Shown here: positions 9,473 to 19,912 of the stretch, piece by piece
Layout of the letters: every line of letters starts with the position of its first letter
Position numbering within the stretch: the first letter of the stretch is position 1
Position numbers and translations under genes: made by a program
NCBI GenBank assembly: GCA_963768885.1
Contig: CAVYJN010000013.1
Location: 389 to 64,388, forward strand
Origin: an uncultured Solirubrobacterales bacterium
Lineage (GTDB): Bacteria; Actinomycetota; Thermoleophilia; Solirubrobacterales; JBBDJG01
Reading direction: 5' to 3'
DNA: 64,000 bases
Notes under the pieces: model-generated
What the model was told of the DNA's origin: nothing
Databases searched by the model: none
What the model saw: only the letters and a program-made list of their open reading frames with translations

Positions 9473-10682
9473 ATGGACCGTACAGCCCACGTCTATCTGA
9501 TTCCTGGGTTCCTGGGGTTCGCGAACCTCGGGCAGATTACCTACTTCGGGCACGTGCGGCGGATGCTCGCGACACAGCTGGCCGCGGCGGGCGTCGACGC
9601 GCGCATCCACATCGTGCACACGTCCCCCACGGCCTCGCTGCCGAGACGCGCCGCGCGCGTCGCGGAGACGATCGCCGCGACGGCGCGGGACGATACCGGT
9701 CCGCTTCATCTGATCGGTCACTCGAGCGGAGGGCTCGACGCGCGCCTGCTCATCGCGCCGGAGGTCGCGTTGCCGACGTCGCTCGACGTGGAGCGATTGG
9801 CGACGCGCGTACGCAGCGTGGTCACGATCGCGACGCCGCACCACGGAACACCGCTCGCGTCGTTCTTCACGACGCTGCGCGGCCAACAGTTGCTGCAGCT
9901 TCTCTCGCTCCTCACGATCTACATGCTGCATTTCGGGCACCTCCCGCTTGCCGGCCTGCTCTGGATGGGAAGCCGCCTCGTCCGCCTCGGTGACCTCGTC
10001 GCGAACAGCGAGCTCCTCGACGAGCTCTTCGGACGCCTGCTCGAGGACTTCACGGTGGCACGGCGTCGCTCGGTGCGGGCGGTGCTCCGCGATGTGGTGC
10101 ACGACCAGGCACTGATGCTTCAACTCACCCCCGAGGCGATGGAGGTCTTCAACGCCTCGGTTCTGCCGCGTCCTGGCGTCCGCTACGGGGCGGTCGTCGC
10201 CAACGCGGCGCCCCCGAGCCTGTGCTCGACGATCGCCGTGGGGCTCGATCCCGCGGCGCAGGTCACACGCGCCATCTACGGCGTGCTCTACCGGCTCGCC
10301 GCGGCGACGCCACGCCACCTCTCACCCCGACTCGTCACCCGAAGTGGCGCGCGCCCTACGACACGCCTACAGGGCGACGCCGTCCGCCGGGGCGAACGAT
10401 GGCATCGTGCCGACGCGGTCCCAAGCGTGGGGGCGCGTCCTCCATGCCGCCATCGCCGATCACCTCGACGTGATCGGGCACTTTCGGGACGCATCGCTCG
10501 ACCCGCCCCACGTCGACTGGCTCGTGACGGGGAGCGGGTTCGACCGCGCGCGCTTCGAGGCGCTCTGGAGCGACGTCACGCGCTTTCTCACGGCTGGAGC
10601 CGACGCAACCGAGATGCCTGCGAGCGCGGTCCGGATGTCGCGTCACGCGCGCGGCGCGATCGCCCTGGCGCGCAAGACCTGA
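9473..10682 (+). pseudogene. lipase/esterase-like alpha/beta hydrolase, one frameshift
   Basis: GHSSGG nucleophile elbow and ..TIATPHHGTPLA... The frame changes near 10320-10335 (a C run), joining ORF 9473.. to ORF 10344..10682 (..ANDGIVPTRSQAWG..DHLDVIGH). Confidence 0.75.
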
Positions 10683-10768
10683 AAAGGCCGGGGGGCGCAT
10701 GGGGGCGTAGCAGCCAGCTGCTCGTGATTCGCCTCCTTCAAGGTCGAAGGTCCTTGGGATACTCCTAC

Positions 10769-11323
10769 TCACGACGGGGCCGAGCAGGCTGGCCCTTTCG
10801 TGGCGGGCGCCTCGCGGGGCTGCCAGCTCGCAAGCAGGGTCCGATCGTCCGACCATACGTAGGATGTGCGGCCGCCGAAGGCCTTCTTCAGCTCGTGGAC
10901 GATCCGGTGCGCGAGCTTCTGCGAGGTGGTGAGCACCTCGAGGACGTCCCCCCGTCGCTCGACGGAGACGATCTGCCGCTCGGGCTGCGTGAAGCCCGCG
11001 CGCGTGGCAACGTTCTGGATGCGCCGGCGGATGGCGTCCTCGTCCGCTGCGGCACCGCCGCGGATGAGAACCCTCCCGAAGTACTCCTCGCGCCCCGTCT
11101 GCTGGCACGCGGGACACACCACCCACGCGGCCCGGGCCAGCAGGGAATCGCTCACCGCGTGGTCGCGCCGCCAGGTCCGGCGCGAGAACATCGCACCGCA
11201 GCGCTCGCAAACCGCGCCCTCCCGCGGGCGGCCTGCCCTTGCCTCGACGGGGCGTACCTTCGCGCTTCGCGTGCCGCGGCGACTTAGACTCCGGATGAGG
11301 CCCTTACCCTTGTCCATTTCCAC
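10769..11323 (-). CDS. BCAM0308-family-like zinc-ribbon protein (conserved hypothetical)
   Basis: CERCGA...CPACQQ double CxxC, followed by a ..VLEVLTTSQKLAHRIVHELKKAFGG.. domain. The alternative ATG start is at 11317. Confidence 0.6.
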   Translation of the reverse strand: MEMDKGKGLIRSLSRRGTRSAKVRPVEARAGRPREGAVCERCGAMFSRRTWRRDHAVSDSLLARAAWVVCPACQQTGREEYFGRVLIRGGAAADEDAIRRRIQNVATRAGFTQPERQIVSVERRGDVLEVLTTSQKLAHRIVHELKKAFGGRTSYVWSDDRTLLASWQPREAPATKGPACSAPS

Positions 11324-11600
11324 CTACCCTCTTGATGTTCCCGATCAGCGTGACGAGCCGACTCGACGGGAGATGTCGATGCGGCCCGGTGGAGTCGCCC
11401 GTCAAGGCGCAGATCAGTCCGTGAGACGCGCGGCGAGTCGCTCGTGCCCCCTCATACCCTTCGGTGCGCTCCTCAGCGTGCTGGCGGCGCGGAGCGGCAG
11501 CAATTCGGACTTCTACACTCTATCGACTCCTGCCTCCAGGGTGGACAGCGGCTTGGGGATGCGGCCGCCACGGTCTCCGGCCCCTCCATCGCTGCGCCAG

Positions 11601-11760
11601 GGTGCGGCGCATCGTCGAGGAGTGTCAGGCCGAAACGACCCGCCTGCTCGCCGCGCACCGCGACCAGCTGGTCGCGCTCGCCACGGCTCTGCTCAAGGCC
11701 GAAGCGCTCGACGAGCGGGAGATACTGGAAATCACCGCCTCAATCCGCCCGCGGCCCGCG
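11601..11760 (+). pseudogene. orphan ftsH 3'-end fragment
   Basis: Encodes [45 protein letters not shown]. The intact FtsH C-terminus is [45 protein letters not shown]. The fragment is in opposite orientation to ftsH, with no upstream FtsH sequence. Confidence 0.75.
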
Positions 11761-11803
11761 CCGCTGAGGCGTGAGGAGATCACCCGGGCGACCCACCGGC
11801 TCC

Positions 11804-12793
11804 CTAGGAGGGTTTGCGCGTCTCTGGCAGCGGCGCCGCCTCGAACACGACGTCTTCGGGAGGAGGCTGGAACAGCTCGCGCCAGCGCCGCTCCGACACC
11901 TGCGCGGGCGCCGTCGAGGTCATGAAGTCGACGAGCACGTCGACGAACCGCTCCGGCGCCTCGCAGTGCGGGTAGTGGCCCACGCCGTCGAAGATCTCGA
12001 GGCGGCTGCCCGGGGATGGCCGCGTGGGCCGCGATGGCGTGGCTCACCGGGAATGAACGGGTCTCGGGCACCCCAGACGATGAGCGTCGGTATCTGGGCG
12101 GCCAGGTACAGCCGGTCGGCGGCGCTCACCGTCTGCCCGCCGAGGTCGATGACGGCGCGCAGCGTGCGGAAGAAAGCCCGGCGGCTGTCGGCGTCCGCCG
12201 AGCGACGCGTAGCTCCGCCAGATCTTCCTCGCCGGCGGGAGTCGGCCCGAACTCCCGCGCGGCGGAGCCAGGTGGCCACCCGGCTCGCGGCCTCTCGCAC
12301 GCCGGGCGTGCAGGCGAGCGGGAGGACCTACTCGCACCGGGAGCGGTCAGCGCCCGGAGCAGGAAATGGACCTCGCGGCCGAGCCCGCCGCTGTCGACGA
12401 GCACCAGGCGCTCGCAGCGCTCCGGGAACTGATAGGCCAGCTGCATGGCCACGCCGCCCCCGAAGCGATTGGCCGACGAAGGTGACCCGCTCGTGAGCCG
12501 AGCGCGTTCAGCAGGTCGCGGAGCATGTTGGCGTGGGCGCCGAGCGAGTATTCGCCGCGGGGCCTGGCCGATTCGCCGTGCCCGAGCAGGTCGGGAGCGA
12601 CGACCGTGAACCGTCTCGCCAGAGCCGGCATGACGTGCTTCCACGTCGCCGAGCTGCCGGCCATGCCGTGGACGAGCAGCACCACGGGCCCGTCGCCGGC
12701 CGCGCGGTAGGCCATGTCGTGGCCGTTGATCGTCACGTGCTCCAGGCGCACGGAGTCTCCTCGTCGCGAGTCGGGGGCGTCCGCGAGCGGCAT
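11804..12793 (-). pseudogene. alpha/beta hydrolase, multiply frameshifted
   Basis: N-terminus ..VVLLVHGMAGSSATWKHVMPALARRFTVVAPDLLGHGES.., then ..GGVAMQLAYQFPERCERLVLVDSGGLG.., ..TLIVWGARDPFIP.. and ..FDGVGHYPHCEAPERF.. lie in different frames. Confidence 0.75.
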
Positions 12794-12799
12794 GCGGGA

Positions 12800-12978
12800 C
12801 TACGCGATGGCTCCCGCGATCGCGAAGGCTGCGGCGACGGCCCCGCCGATGAGCATCGTGGCCCCGCGGAGCGGCGGCGTTTCCGTGAAGTGTGCTTGAG
12901 CCATCCGAAGAGCCCGAGCGCCGCGATCGCGACGACCACGGACACCATCAATGCCACGGAGGCGCTCGCGAGCGCCAT
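12800..12978 (-). CDS. possible small two-helix membrane protein (frame change near 12895)
   Basis: MALASASVALMVSVVVAIAALGLFGW.. and ..MLIGGAVAAAFAIAGAIA lie in adjacent frames. It ends 6 nt upstream of the hydrolase start. The call is weak. Confidence 0.2.
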
Positions 12979-13271
12979 ATAGGGGGCGGCCCGGTTGGTG
13001 ACCACCCGGAAGTAGATAGACGGGGCGTGCGGTCAGACTCTTCTTATACCGCATACGCCCCGTCCCTCCGAAGCAGGACTAGACGCGACCGACCACCAGC
13101 TCAAACGGCACCCACAACTCGACCCGGAGCGTGGAGTGGGTCAGGTTGACGCGGGAGCTGATTGCGACCAGACTTCAGTGCGAGCCCGTTTTCAGCCCCG
13201 CAGCGCGACGACGGCAGGCGAGTTCCCCTTTGCCACGTGTGCTCGGCGCGGACTCCGAAAAGGGGACCGCC

Positions 13272-13499
13272 GTGCAGTACGCGGACACGATCGAGATTCG
13301 GGGCGCGACCGTGATGCGGCAGACAGACGTGGCGCTGCTCTGCCGGATGGGGAATCAGCACCGCTGGATCGCTTCGACTCAGCTCCAGGCGGGCAGCACC
13401 GTCGCGTGCAAGGGCGATGTAGGGATCATCGTGCTCAAGCGGCCGTTCGCCGTCGAGCAGGGCCTGGTCCCCTTCCAGGGGCAAGGGCTCCATGACTGA
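13272..13499 (+). CDS. hypothetical small protein
   Basis: GTG 13272 after AAGGGGA, inside ORF 13131..13499. No recognisable family. Local GC is lower. Confidence 0.3.
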   Translation: MQYADTIEIRGATVMRQTDVALLCRMGNQHRWIASTQLQAGSTVACKGDVGIIVLKRPFAVEQGLVPFQGQGLHD

Positions 13500-13534
13500 T
13501 CCGCTCGCAAGAGGAAGAGCGAGAGAGTTACTCG

Positions 13535-13777
13535 ATGGCCACTAGGGGCAGTGCCTTTCGGGCCGAGGGCAACCGCGCCCTTCGTGCCGTGTGTGCACAT
13601 TGCGGGACGTCGATTCCTACCGAGGTCGGCCATGCCCATCCTCTCGATGAGGCTCTTCGACGCGAAACGTGGGGGCTTGTCGGCGACACCGATGGGGTAC
13701 CGAGCGTGTTCCCCACGTGTGCCGCTTGCTATGCTGCGGGATGGCGACCACCAGGCTTCGTGCGGCTCAGCGGTTGA
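13535..13777 (+). CDS. hypothetical small cysteine-pair (zinc-ribbon-like) protein
   Basis: 80-aa ORF with CAHCG...CAACY. No family recognised. Confidence 0.35.
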   Translation: MATRGSAFRAEGNRALRAVCAHCGTSIPTEVGHAHPLDEALRRETWGLVGDTDGVPSVFPTCAACYAAGWRPPGFVRLSG

Positions 13778-13937
13778 AGCGCGCTTCATGCGCCTCCGCT
13801 CGGCGCAGGCGATCTGCCGATCGCGGGCGCGGGAACGAACGGCGTTGTCGTTCCCGTCGATGAGACAGCGAAACCGGCGGCCCACGTCGCCAGGCGGCAT
13901 GATCGTTGCTCCGGTTACTCCCCGGGAGGATGTAATC

Positions 13938-14261
13938 ATGACCAGTGACAGGAACAGGAAAAGGAAGGCGCTGGCCAAGTTCATCCACGACGCCATCGAC
14001 AAGGGAGCGACGACGGTCGAGGATATCCACAAGGCGATCGCCGACCTGCCGCTCAAGATCCTGGAAGAGAGCGAGCTGCTGAAGGGGGCGGCCAAGGAAG
14101 TGCGGCGCGTGCAGGATCACACGATCGGTGCGGTTTACGATGTGATCCGGGGGATCAACCAGCAAGTCGGAACTCTGGCATCGGAGCTGCTGGACGAAGC
14201 GGCCAAGCGGAGAGACGCGCGAGCCGAAGCGAGCGCGAAGCATCACGCCGCCACGCGCTAG
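13938..14261 (+). CDS. hypothetical protein (helical, charged)
   Basis: ATG 13938 lies 7 nt after GGGAGGA. 107 aa, MTSDRNRKRKALAKFIHDAIDKGATTVEDIHKAIADLPLKILEE... No family recognised. Confidence 0.5.
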   Translation: MTSDRNRKRKALAKFIHDAIDKGATTVEDIHKAIADLPLKILEESELLKGAAKEVRRVQDHTIGAVYDVIRGINQQVGTLASELLDEAAKRRDARAEASAKHHAATR

Positions 14262-14436
14262 GGGCTCGTCGCGGAGCCATCTCGGGTGTCATCGCTGCAG
14301 GGCGGGCGAAGCCGGGGGTTCTGGGCGACAGGCATCGGCGAACCTGTCGCTTCTTCCAGCCCGGCCGTGGTCGGCCGCTGGCCGTTCGGATACCGACCGG
14401 ATTGCGAGTGCAGAAGTGATGCCATAGGAGGCTCTC

Positions 14437-15225
14437 ATGCCTGGCGAGCCTTCTGCGGGAGGCTCGCTCAGGGGCTCCCACCGCGGAGGAATCGACGCTA
14501 CGAGGAACGGCACGCACCACTTCCGGCGTCTCGCGCGCGGCGCAGCGGGCAGCCCTGAAGCCTCGGAACCCATTGGCGGGCACCCGTCGCCCGTCAAGCC
14601 GCGGCTTCGAGGCGTATCGCACCGGTGGGCCTTCTTCGCCTCCCTGTTCGCGGGCGTCGCTCTCGTCCTCGTAGCCCCCAGCACGAGGGCCGTCGCCGCA
14701 GCGATGGTCTATGCCCTCAGCCTCTCGGCACTATTCGGCGTAAGTGCGCTCTACCATGAAGTGACGTGGTCGGTTCCCGTGCGTCGGTGGATGCGACGGC
14801 TCGACCACTCGATGATCTTCTTGCTGATTGCCGGCACCTACACACCGTTCGGCGTGCTGGTGCTCTCGGGGACGGGTGCGCTCGTCGTACTCGCCGTGGT
14901 GTGGGGCGGTGCGCTCCTGGGAATAGCGCTGAACATGGTCTGGATCGACGCCCCGAAATGGTTCAGCGCCATCGCGTACATCTCGCTCGGCTGGGTGGCC
15001 GTCGTGGCCTTCCCCGAGCTCGGCTCGCAGCTCGGCGCGACGGCCACCGGCCTGATCGTGCTCGGCGGCGTGCTCTACTCGGCGGGTGCGGCAGTCTACG
15101 CCCTCAGACGTCCGGACCCGGCGCCCGAGGTGTTCGGCTATCACGAGGTGTTCCATGCGCTCGTGATCGCAGCAGCGGTCGCACACTATGTCGTCGTCGC
15201 GTTCTACGTTGTTCCGCGCGGCTGA
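14437..15225 (+). CDS. hemolysin III / PAQR family membrane protein
   Basis: ..LRGVSHRWAFFASL.., ..SALYHEVTW.., ..LDHSMIFLLIAGTYTPF.., ..GYHEVFHALVIAAAVAHY.. Seven hydrophobic segments. Confidence 0.85.
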   Translation: MPGEPSAGGSLRGSHRGGIDATRNGTHHFRRLARGAAGSPEASEPIGGHPSPVKPRLRGVSHRWAFFASLFAGVALVLVAPSTRAVAAAMVYALSLSALFGVSALYHEVTWSVPVRRWMRRLDHSMIFLLIAGTYTPFGVLVLSGTGALVVLAVVWGGALLGIALNMVWIDAPKWFSAIAYISLGWVAVVAFPELGSQLGATATGLIVLGGVLYSAGAAVYALRRPDPAPEVFGYHEVFHALVIAAAVAHYVVVAFYVVPRG

Positions 15226-15238
15226 GTCCTGGGGGCGA

Positions 15239-15400
15239 CTATATTCCTAATCCGGCGAGCGCCTCCGCCACCCTGCCGATTGCGCTCGTCAGCGACGGGT
15301 GCGCGGTCTCGAAGGCTCTGACTGCCTCGCGCAGCTGCTGGATGATCGACTGGGCTGCGTGCCCCCCTTCTGCGTGCACTCGAGCAGGTCCTGGATGACG
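15239..15400 (-). pseudogene. DUF4404-like gene, 3' fragment (paralogue of 42909..43187)
   Basis: ..SIIQQLREAVRAFETAHPSLTSAIGRVAEALAGLGI*, versus ..SIIERLREAVGAFESTHPRLTSAINRMADALAGIGI* in the intact copy. About 80% nt identity over ~165 bp. Frame break and no N-terminus. Confidence 0.65.
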
Positions 15401-15621
15401 CCGATGCCGACGAGGATGCCGAGCACGAGCATCGCGGGGACGTAAAGCGCCGGTAGGGGCCGTAGCCGCCGGCGAGCCTGGCTTGCCGGTTTGGGGGTAC
15501 CAGCGGGGGCCCCGGCCTGGCCTGGCGCTACGGCCCCGCTTCGGGTCCTCGCCGATGAGAAAACCGCCCGCTCGACATTCCGCTGCTGCCGATTCCGCCT
15601 CGCTCGCCGCGCTCTTCAAGT

Positions 15622-17303
15622 GTGGCACGCGCGTTGCGGAGACCTCCAGTCGTGTCGCGCGAGCAGTGGGACGCGATCGTCGTCGGCTCCGGGCTTGGCG
15701 GGCTCGCCTGCGCCGCGTACCTTGCCGCCGCCGGCAAGCGGACGCTCGTCCTCGAGGCGCACTACGTCGCGGGCGGCAACTCGCAGGTCTTTCGGCGCCG
15801 CCATCAGGGGCGGGCCTACGAGTTCGACGTCGGGCTGCACTACATCGGCGAGTGCGGGCCGGAGGGGACGATCACCCGCATCCTGCGCGGCGTCGGGTCT
15901 GGCCGACCGGGTCGCCTTCCGCCCGCTCGATCCGGACGGCTTCAGCACCCTCGTCTTCCCCGACCTCACGTTCCGCGTGCCCGCGGGCTGGGACCGCTAC
16001 CGCGCCCGGCTGCTCGCGACCTTCCCCGATGAGGCGGGAGCGCTCGGCCGGGTGGTCGACACGATGCGCGAGGTGGCCGCGGACGGCCACCTGCTCGGCA
16101 GGGAGGGCGGTCAGACGGCCGAGCTGCTCGCGAAGGCGCCGCGCTTCGTCGAGTGGGGGCTCCGCCCGGTCACCGAGCTCTTCGACGCGCACGGGCTCTC
16201 GACGCGGGCGCGGGCCGTGCTGCTCGGCGAGCAGGGCGACTACGCCGTGCCGCCCTCGCGCACGTCGGTCGCGCTCCACGCCGGGTTCACCGACCACTAC
16301 ATGCGCGGCGCGTTCTACCCGGAAGGCGGCGGCCAGACGATCGCTGCGCGGCTCGTCGAGGCGATCCGCGCCTACGGTGGCGAGGTGCGCACGCACGAAC
16401 CGGTCGCTCGGGTGCGCGTCGAGCACGGCCGGGTGGCCGGTGTGATGCTCGGGCGAACCGGCGACCGCCATCGACGCCCCGATCGTCGTGTCGAACGCGG
16501 ACCTGAAGCGTACGGTGCGCGAGCTCGTCGGCGAGGACTACTTCGCGCCGGAGACGGTCGAGCGCGTGCGCGCGTACCGTATGTCGCTCCCGCTCTTCGT
16601 CGTCTACCTCGGGGTGGAGCTCGATCTCGTCGCGCGCGGGATGCCGAACACGAACTATTTCCTCTGGGGATCGTACGACATCGAGGCGATCTACCGGGCG
16701 CTGGAGGACGGCCGCATCCCCGACGAGGACTTCGTGTACGTGACCATCGCCTCGCTGAAGGACCCGGCAAACCCTCGGCTCGCGCCGCCCGGCCATGCGA
16801 ACCTGCAGCTCATGACGCTCGTGCCGCGCGAGTACGCGCTCTGGCACGTGGCGCCCGAGGAGGTCGCGGACGGCGAGCTACCATCGCGACCCCGACTACC
16901 GGGGCGGAAGGCGGCGCTCGCCGAGCGACTGATCGCCGTGGCGGAGCGCGTCATCCCGGGCCTCGCGGCGCACATCGACTGGCAGGAGACCGCGACGCCC
17001 GTCACCCAGGAGCGCTTCACGCACTCGACGGGCGGCACGTCGTACGGCATCGAGTTCGCCTGCGACCAGATGGGCCCGCTGCGCATCGGTCCGCGGACGG
17101 AGATCCCGGGCCTCTACCTCTGCGGCGCGAGCACGCCGTGGGGACACGGCATCGGCTCCGTGCTGCGCGGCGGCGTCGCGGCGCCGGCGCGGTGCTCGGG
17201 CGCGATCTCATGCACGGCGATCGTCGCCGGCGAGGTGCTCGGCGACCGCGACCGGCTGCCGCCCGTGCGCGCCGACTGGGACGCCTGGCGCGCGTCGCAC
17301 TGA
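15622..17303 (+). pseudogene. FAD-dependent oxidoreductase (phytoene desaturase/CrtI-like family), several frameshifts
   Basis: WDAIVVGSGLGGLACAAYLAAAGKRTLVLEAHYVAGG dinucleotide fold, then ..DRVAFRPLDPDGFSTLVFPD.., ..GAFYPEGGGQTIAARLVEAI.. and ..GLYLCGASTPWGHGIGSVL.. in different frames. Shifts near 15895, 16455 and 16870-16900. Confidence 0.75.
15623..15637 (+). promoter_or_regulatory. sigma-54-like -24/-12 element at the 5' end of the oxidoreductase gene
   Basis: TGGCAC-GCGCG-TTGC is an exact consensus core. It lies only about 15 nt upstream of candidate start GTG 15652, so any transcript would be nearly leaderless. It may be fortuitous. Confidence 0.25.
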
Positions 17304-17419
17304 GCGCGCCGCCGAAACGTGGTCTCGTGCCGGAGGCCTTCACAGCGCCGGCCGCCGGACGTGCTTCGCATGCATCCACCGACGTGTCGCATCGTTGCCG
17401 TCCGTGCTAGACCCTCGGC

Positions 17420-17920
17420 ATGGCCAAACCGCACGAGCTGCGCTGCTACGATTACGTGAACCATCCCTACGCCGACGTCCGCGATGCGCTGCGCGCCGAC
17501 CTCGGCGGCGTCTTCGAGCGTGCGACGAAAAGTGCGACCGGGCGCGCGCACGCGCTCGTTGCCAACTTGAAGGTCGACATGGGCGCGTTCGAGATCGGCA
17601 CCGACGTCGTGATCGACGTGCTCAGCATCGAGGAGCGTGAAGAGGGGCCGGTCGGACGCACGCGCACGACCTTCATCCAGTTGCGCTGGGCTGCCGCACG
17701 TTCTCCAGCGCTCTTCCCGTCGATGGAGGCGGAGTTGATCGTCTATCCGCTCTCGAAGGACGAGACGCAGCTCGAGCTGCAAGGGCGCTACACGCCTCCG
17801 CTCGGCACCGTCGGCAGCGCGCTCGACTCACTGATCGGCCACCGGGTTGCCGACGCGTCGGTGCATCGCTTCGTGACCGACGTGGCGAGCTTGCTGCGGG
17901 ACGAGCTCGCCGCAAGCTGA
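17420..17920 (+). CDS. hypothetical protein (possibly SRPBCC/START-like fold)
   Basis: Intact 166-aa ORF with ATG start. The fold suggestion is only from length and pattern. Confidence 0.55.
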   Translation: MAKPHELRCYDYVNHPYADVRDALRADLGGVFERATKSATGRAHALVANLKVDMGAFEIGTDVVIDVLSIEEREEGPVGRTRTTFIQLRWAAARSPALFPSMEAELIVYPLSKDETQLELQGRYTPPLGTVGSALDSLIGHRVADASVHRFVTDVASLLRDELAAS

Positions 17921-17921
17921 G

Positions 17922-19415
17922 TCAGCCCGCGAACCGGACGCCGTCGACCGCGACCGTCGTCCCGATCAGCTCCGCCTCCGTCGCGCGCCGCGCCAGCGCC
18001 GCGTCGTCGGACGAGGCCATGCAGCGCTGGCCGCCCGGCGTGTCGGCGATGATCGTGCACCTCGCGGGCGCCATCTGCTGATAGGTGACCGTGTACGCCG
18101 CGACCCGCGCCGGGCCCCGATAGCCGGCGATCGCCTCGACGCGCGGCGTGGCCCGGTCGGCCTCGTCGGCGAGGTCGCCGACGAGGAGCGGCGCCGGTCC
18201 GGGCTCCGCGGCGTAGACCGCGAGGCCGGGCTTGTTCAGGAGCCCGCTCACGGTGGAGACGAGCCCCTTCGCGTCGCGCTGCACGCGGAGGCGCTCGATC
18301 ATCGCCGCGGTCGTCTGCAGCACGAAGTTGTTCCACGGCCCCCCGGCGAAGGTCTCGCCGCCCGTGATGGTCGGCACGCCGTCGCGTCGGCAGCCCGAGC
18401 GCGCGCTGCTGGACGCGCACGGCGGCGGGATAGCAGCTGTAGATCTCGGCGAGCGGGATCGCCGCGAGCGGGTGCCCGAGGTGCTCCGCCGCCGCCCGGC
18501 CGAGCACCTCCATCGCGGGCCAGCGGTGCAGGTCGCGGCGCTGCGAGAGCGGGAGCGAGAAGCTCGACTCGAGCGCGACGAGCGGGAAGACGACGCGATC
18601 GGGGTCGACGCCGAGCCGCATCGCCGCCTCGAGGCTGCACACGAGGAGCGCCGCCGCCTGGTCGACGTTCATCTGCGCGCAGTGCCACTTGTTGTACGGG
18701 AAGGCGAAGGGCCGGTTCGCCGCGCTCGGCTCGCGGATGAACGCCGCGTCGCGCGGCTCCGGGAAGGCGGCGTGCGGGAAACGCGCCGCGACCGCGCTGA
18801 ATCCGGCGTACAGGCGCGCGATCTCGTCGCGGTGCTCGTCGAGCGAGCGGCCCTCGGCGTGGCGCAGCGCGCTGTCGATGAGGGCGAAGGGCGCCATCGG
18901 GGAGGAGATGCCGCCGTCGATCTCGATCTGGGTGATGATCTCGTCGATCGGGAGCTGGAGGTCGTCGGGCGTCGCGCCTTCCTGCACGGTGTCGACGACG
19001 GGCACGCCGTGGCGCCGGGCGATCGCGGCGCGGCGGCCCGCTTCGCCGCCGACGACGAGGGCGACGTCGAGGCGTGCCGCTCCGGATCGCGGCGTAGGCG
19101 TCGTTGAAGCAGGGTCTGCTGCGGGATGCCGGTGCCGACGAGGACGGTCTGCGCGCGCGGGGCGCCGAGGCGCTCGGCGACGATGCGGCCGGGGTCGGAG
19201 TAGTGCCAGGAGCCGTGGGGGACGGCGACGCGCTGGAGCTCGCTGGAGGATGCGCGGGGCGCCGGTGTCCTCGGCCGCCGTCCGCGCGGCCGCGAGCATG
19301 AGGTCGAGGGCTTCGAGGCCGCTGCCGGGCTCGTCGAGCGTGCTGGCGAGGCGATGCCGACGCCGACGATGACGGGCGTGCGGGGGTCGAGGGTTTTCCA
19401 GCGGGTCGGCGTCAT
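17922..19415 (-). pseudogene. thiolase-fold protein (acetyl-CoA acetyltransferase-like), several frameshifts
   Basis: MTPTRWKTLDPRTPVIVGVG.. N-terminus, ..AFPYNKWHCAQMNVDQAAALLVCSLEAA.., ..AEIYSCYPAAVRVQQRALG.., and C-terminal ORF 17922..18377 (GGPWNNFVLQ..), in at least 3 frames. Confidence 0.7.
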
Positions 19416-19550
19416 CAGGTACGAGAGGCTGCCACGCGAGGACTGGAAAGACAAAGTGTACTCGTAGCGGCAACCGACTTCTCGGTTGCGCGTCTCGCGC
19501 GGTGCACGGTGACCCCGTCGCGCGGGCTCAGGTCGGACGGCGCAGGTGTA

Positions 19551-19912
19551 GCGGGTGCCGGATACTACGCAAGTGCTCGCGGGGCTTGAGGGCGAGCTGG
19601 GCCCATGACAACGTGCCGCTTCGCGCCGGGGGCATATCTCCCTTTTGCGCATCGAGATCGCGGCGCTGGCGGGGTAGGGCGTGCGCTCGCACACGATCGA
19701 CCTGGACGGTCCGGTCCACTACGCGGACTTCGGCGGAAGCGGCCCGACCGTCGTGCTGGTGCACGGGCTCGGCGGCGCCCACGTCAACTGGATGGCCGTG
19801 GGGCCCGCGCTCGCCGCCCGCGCTCACGTCGTGGCCCCGGACCTCGCCGGCTTCGGGCGCACGCCGCTCGCGGGGCGTTCCGCGCACGTGCACGCCAACC
19901 TCGGGCTCCTCG
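19551..19912. repeat. direct repeat copy 2 (partner of 8435-8795)
   Basis: Same sequence block upstream of and into the intact hydrolase gene. It includes a second copy of the TACTACGCA motif (19558-19573). Confidence 0.85.

Noticed and set aside
11601-11760. Diversity-generating retroelement idea (template and variable repeat) for the ftsH, hsp20 and AtuA duplicated segments
   Set aside because: Mismatches between the copies are not adenine-specific (C/T, G/C and G/A changes all occur). No reverse transcriptase is present. The copies are gene ends with their own stop codons.
8435-19912. Interpreting the repeat-bracketed 11-kb block as a mobile element or genomic island
   Set aside because: There is no integrase, transposase, tRNA target, terminal inverted repeat or short target-site duplication. 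The 361-bp repeats are duplicated host gene sequence, so this is better described as a segmental rearrangement.
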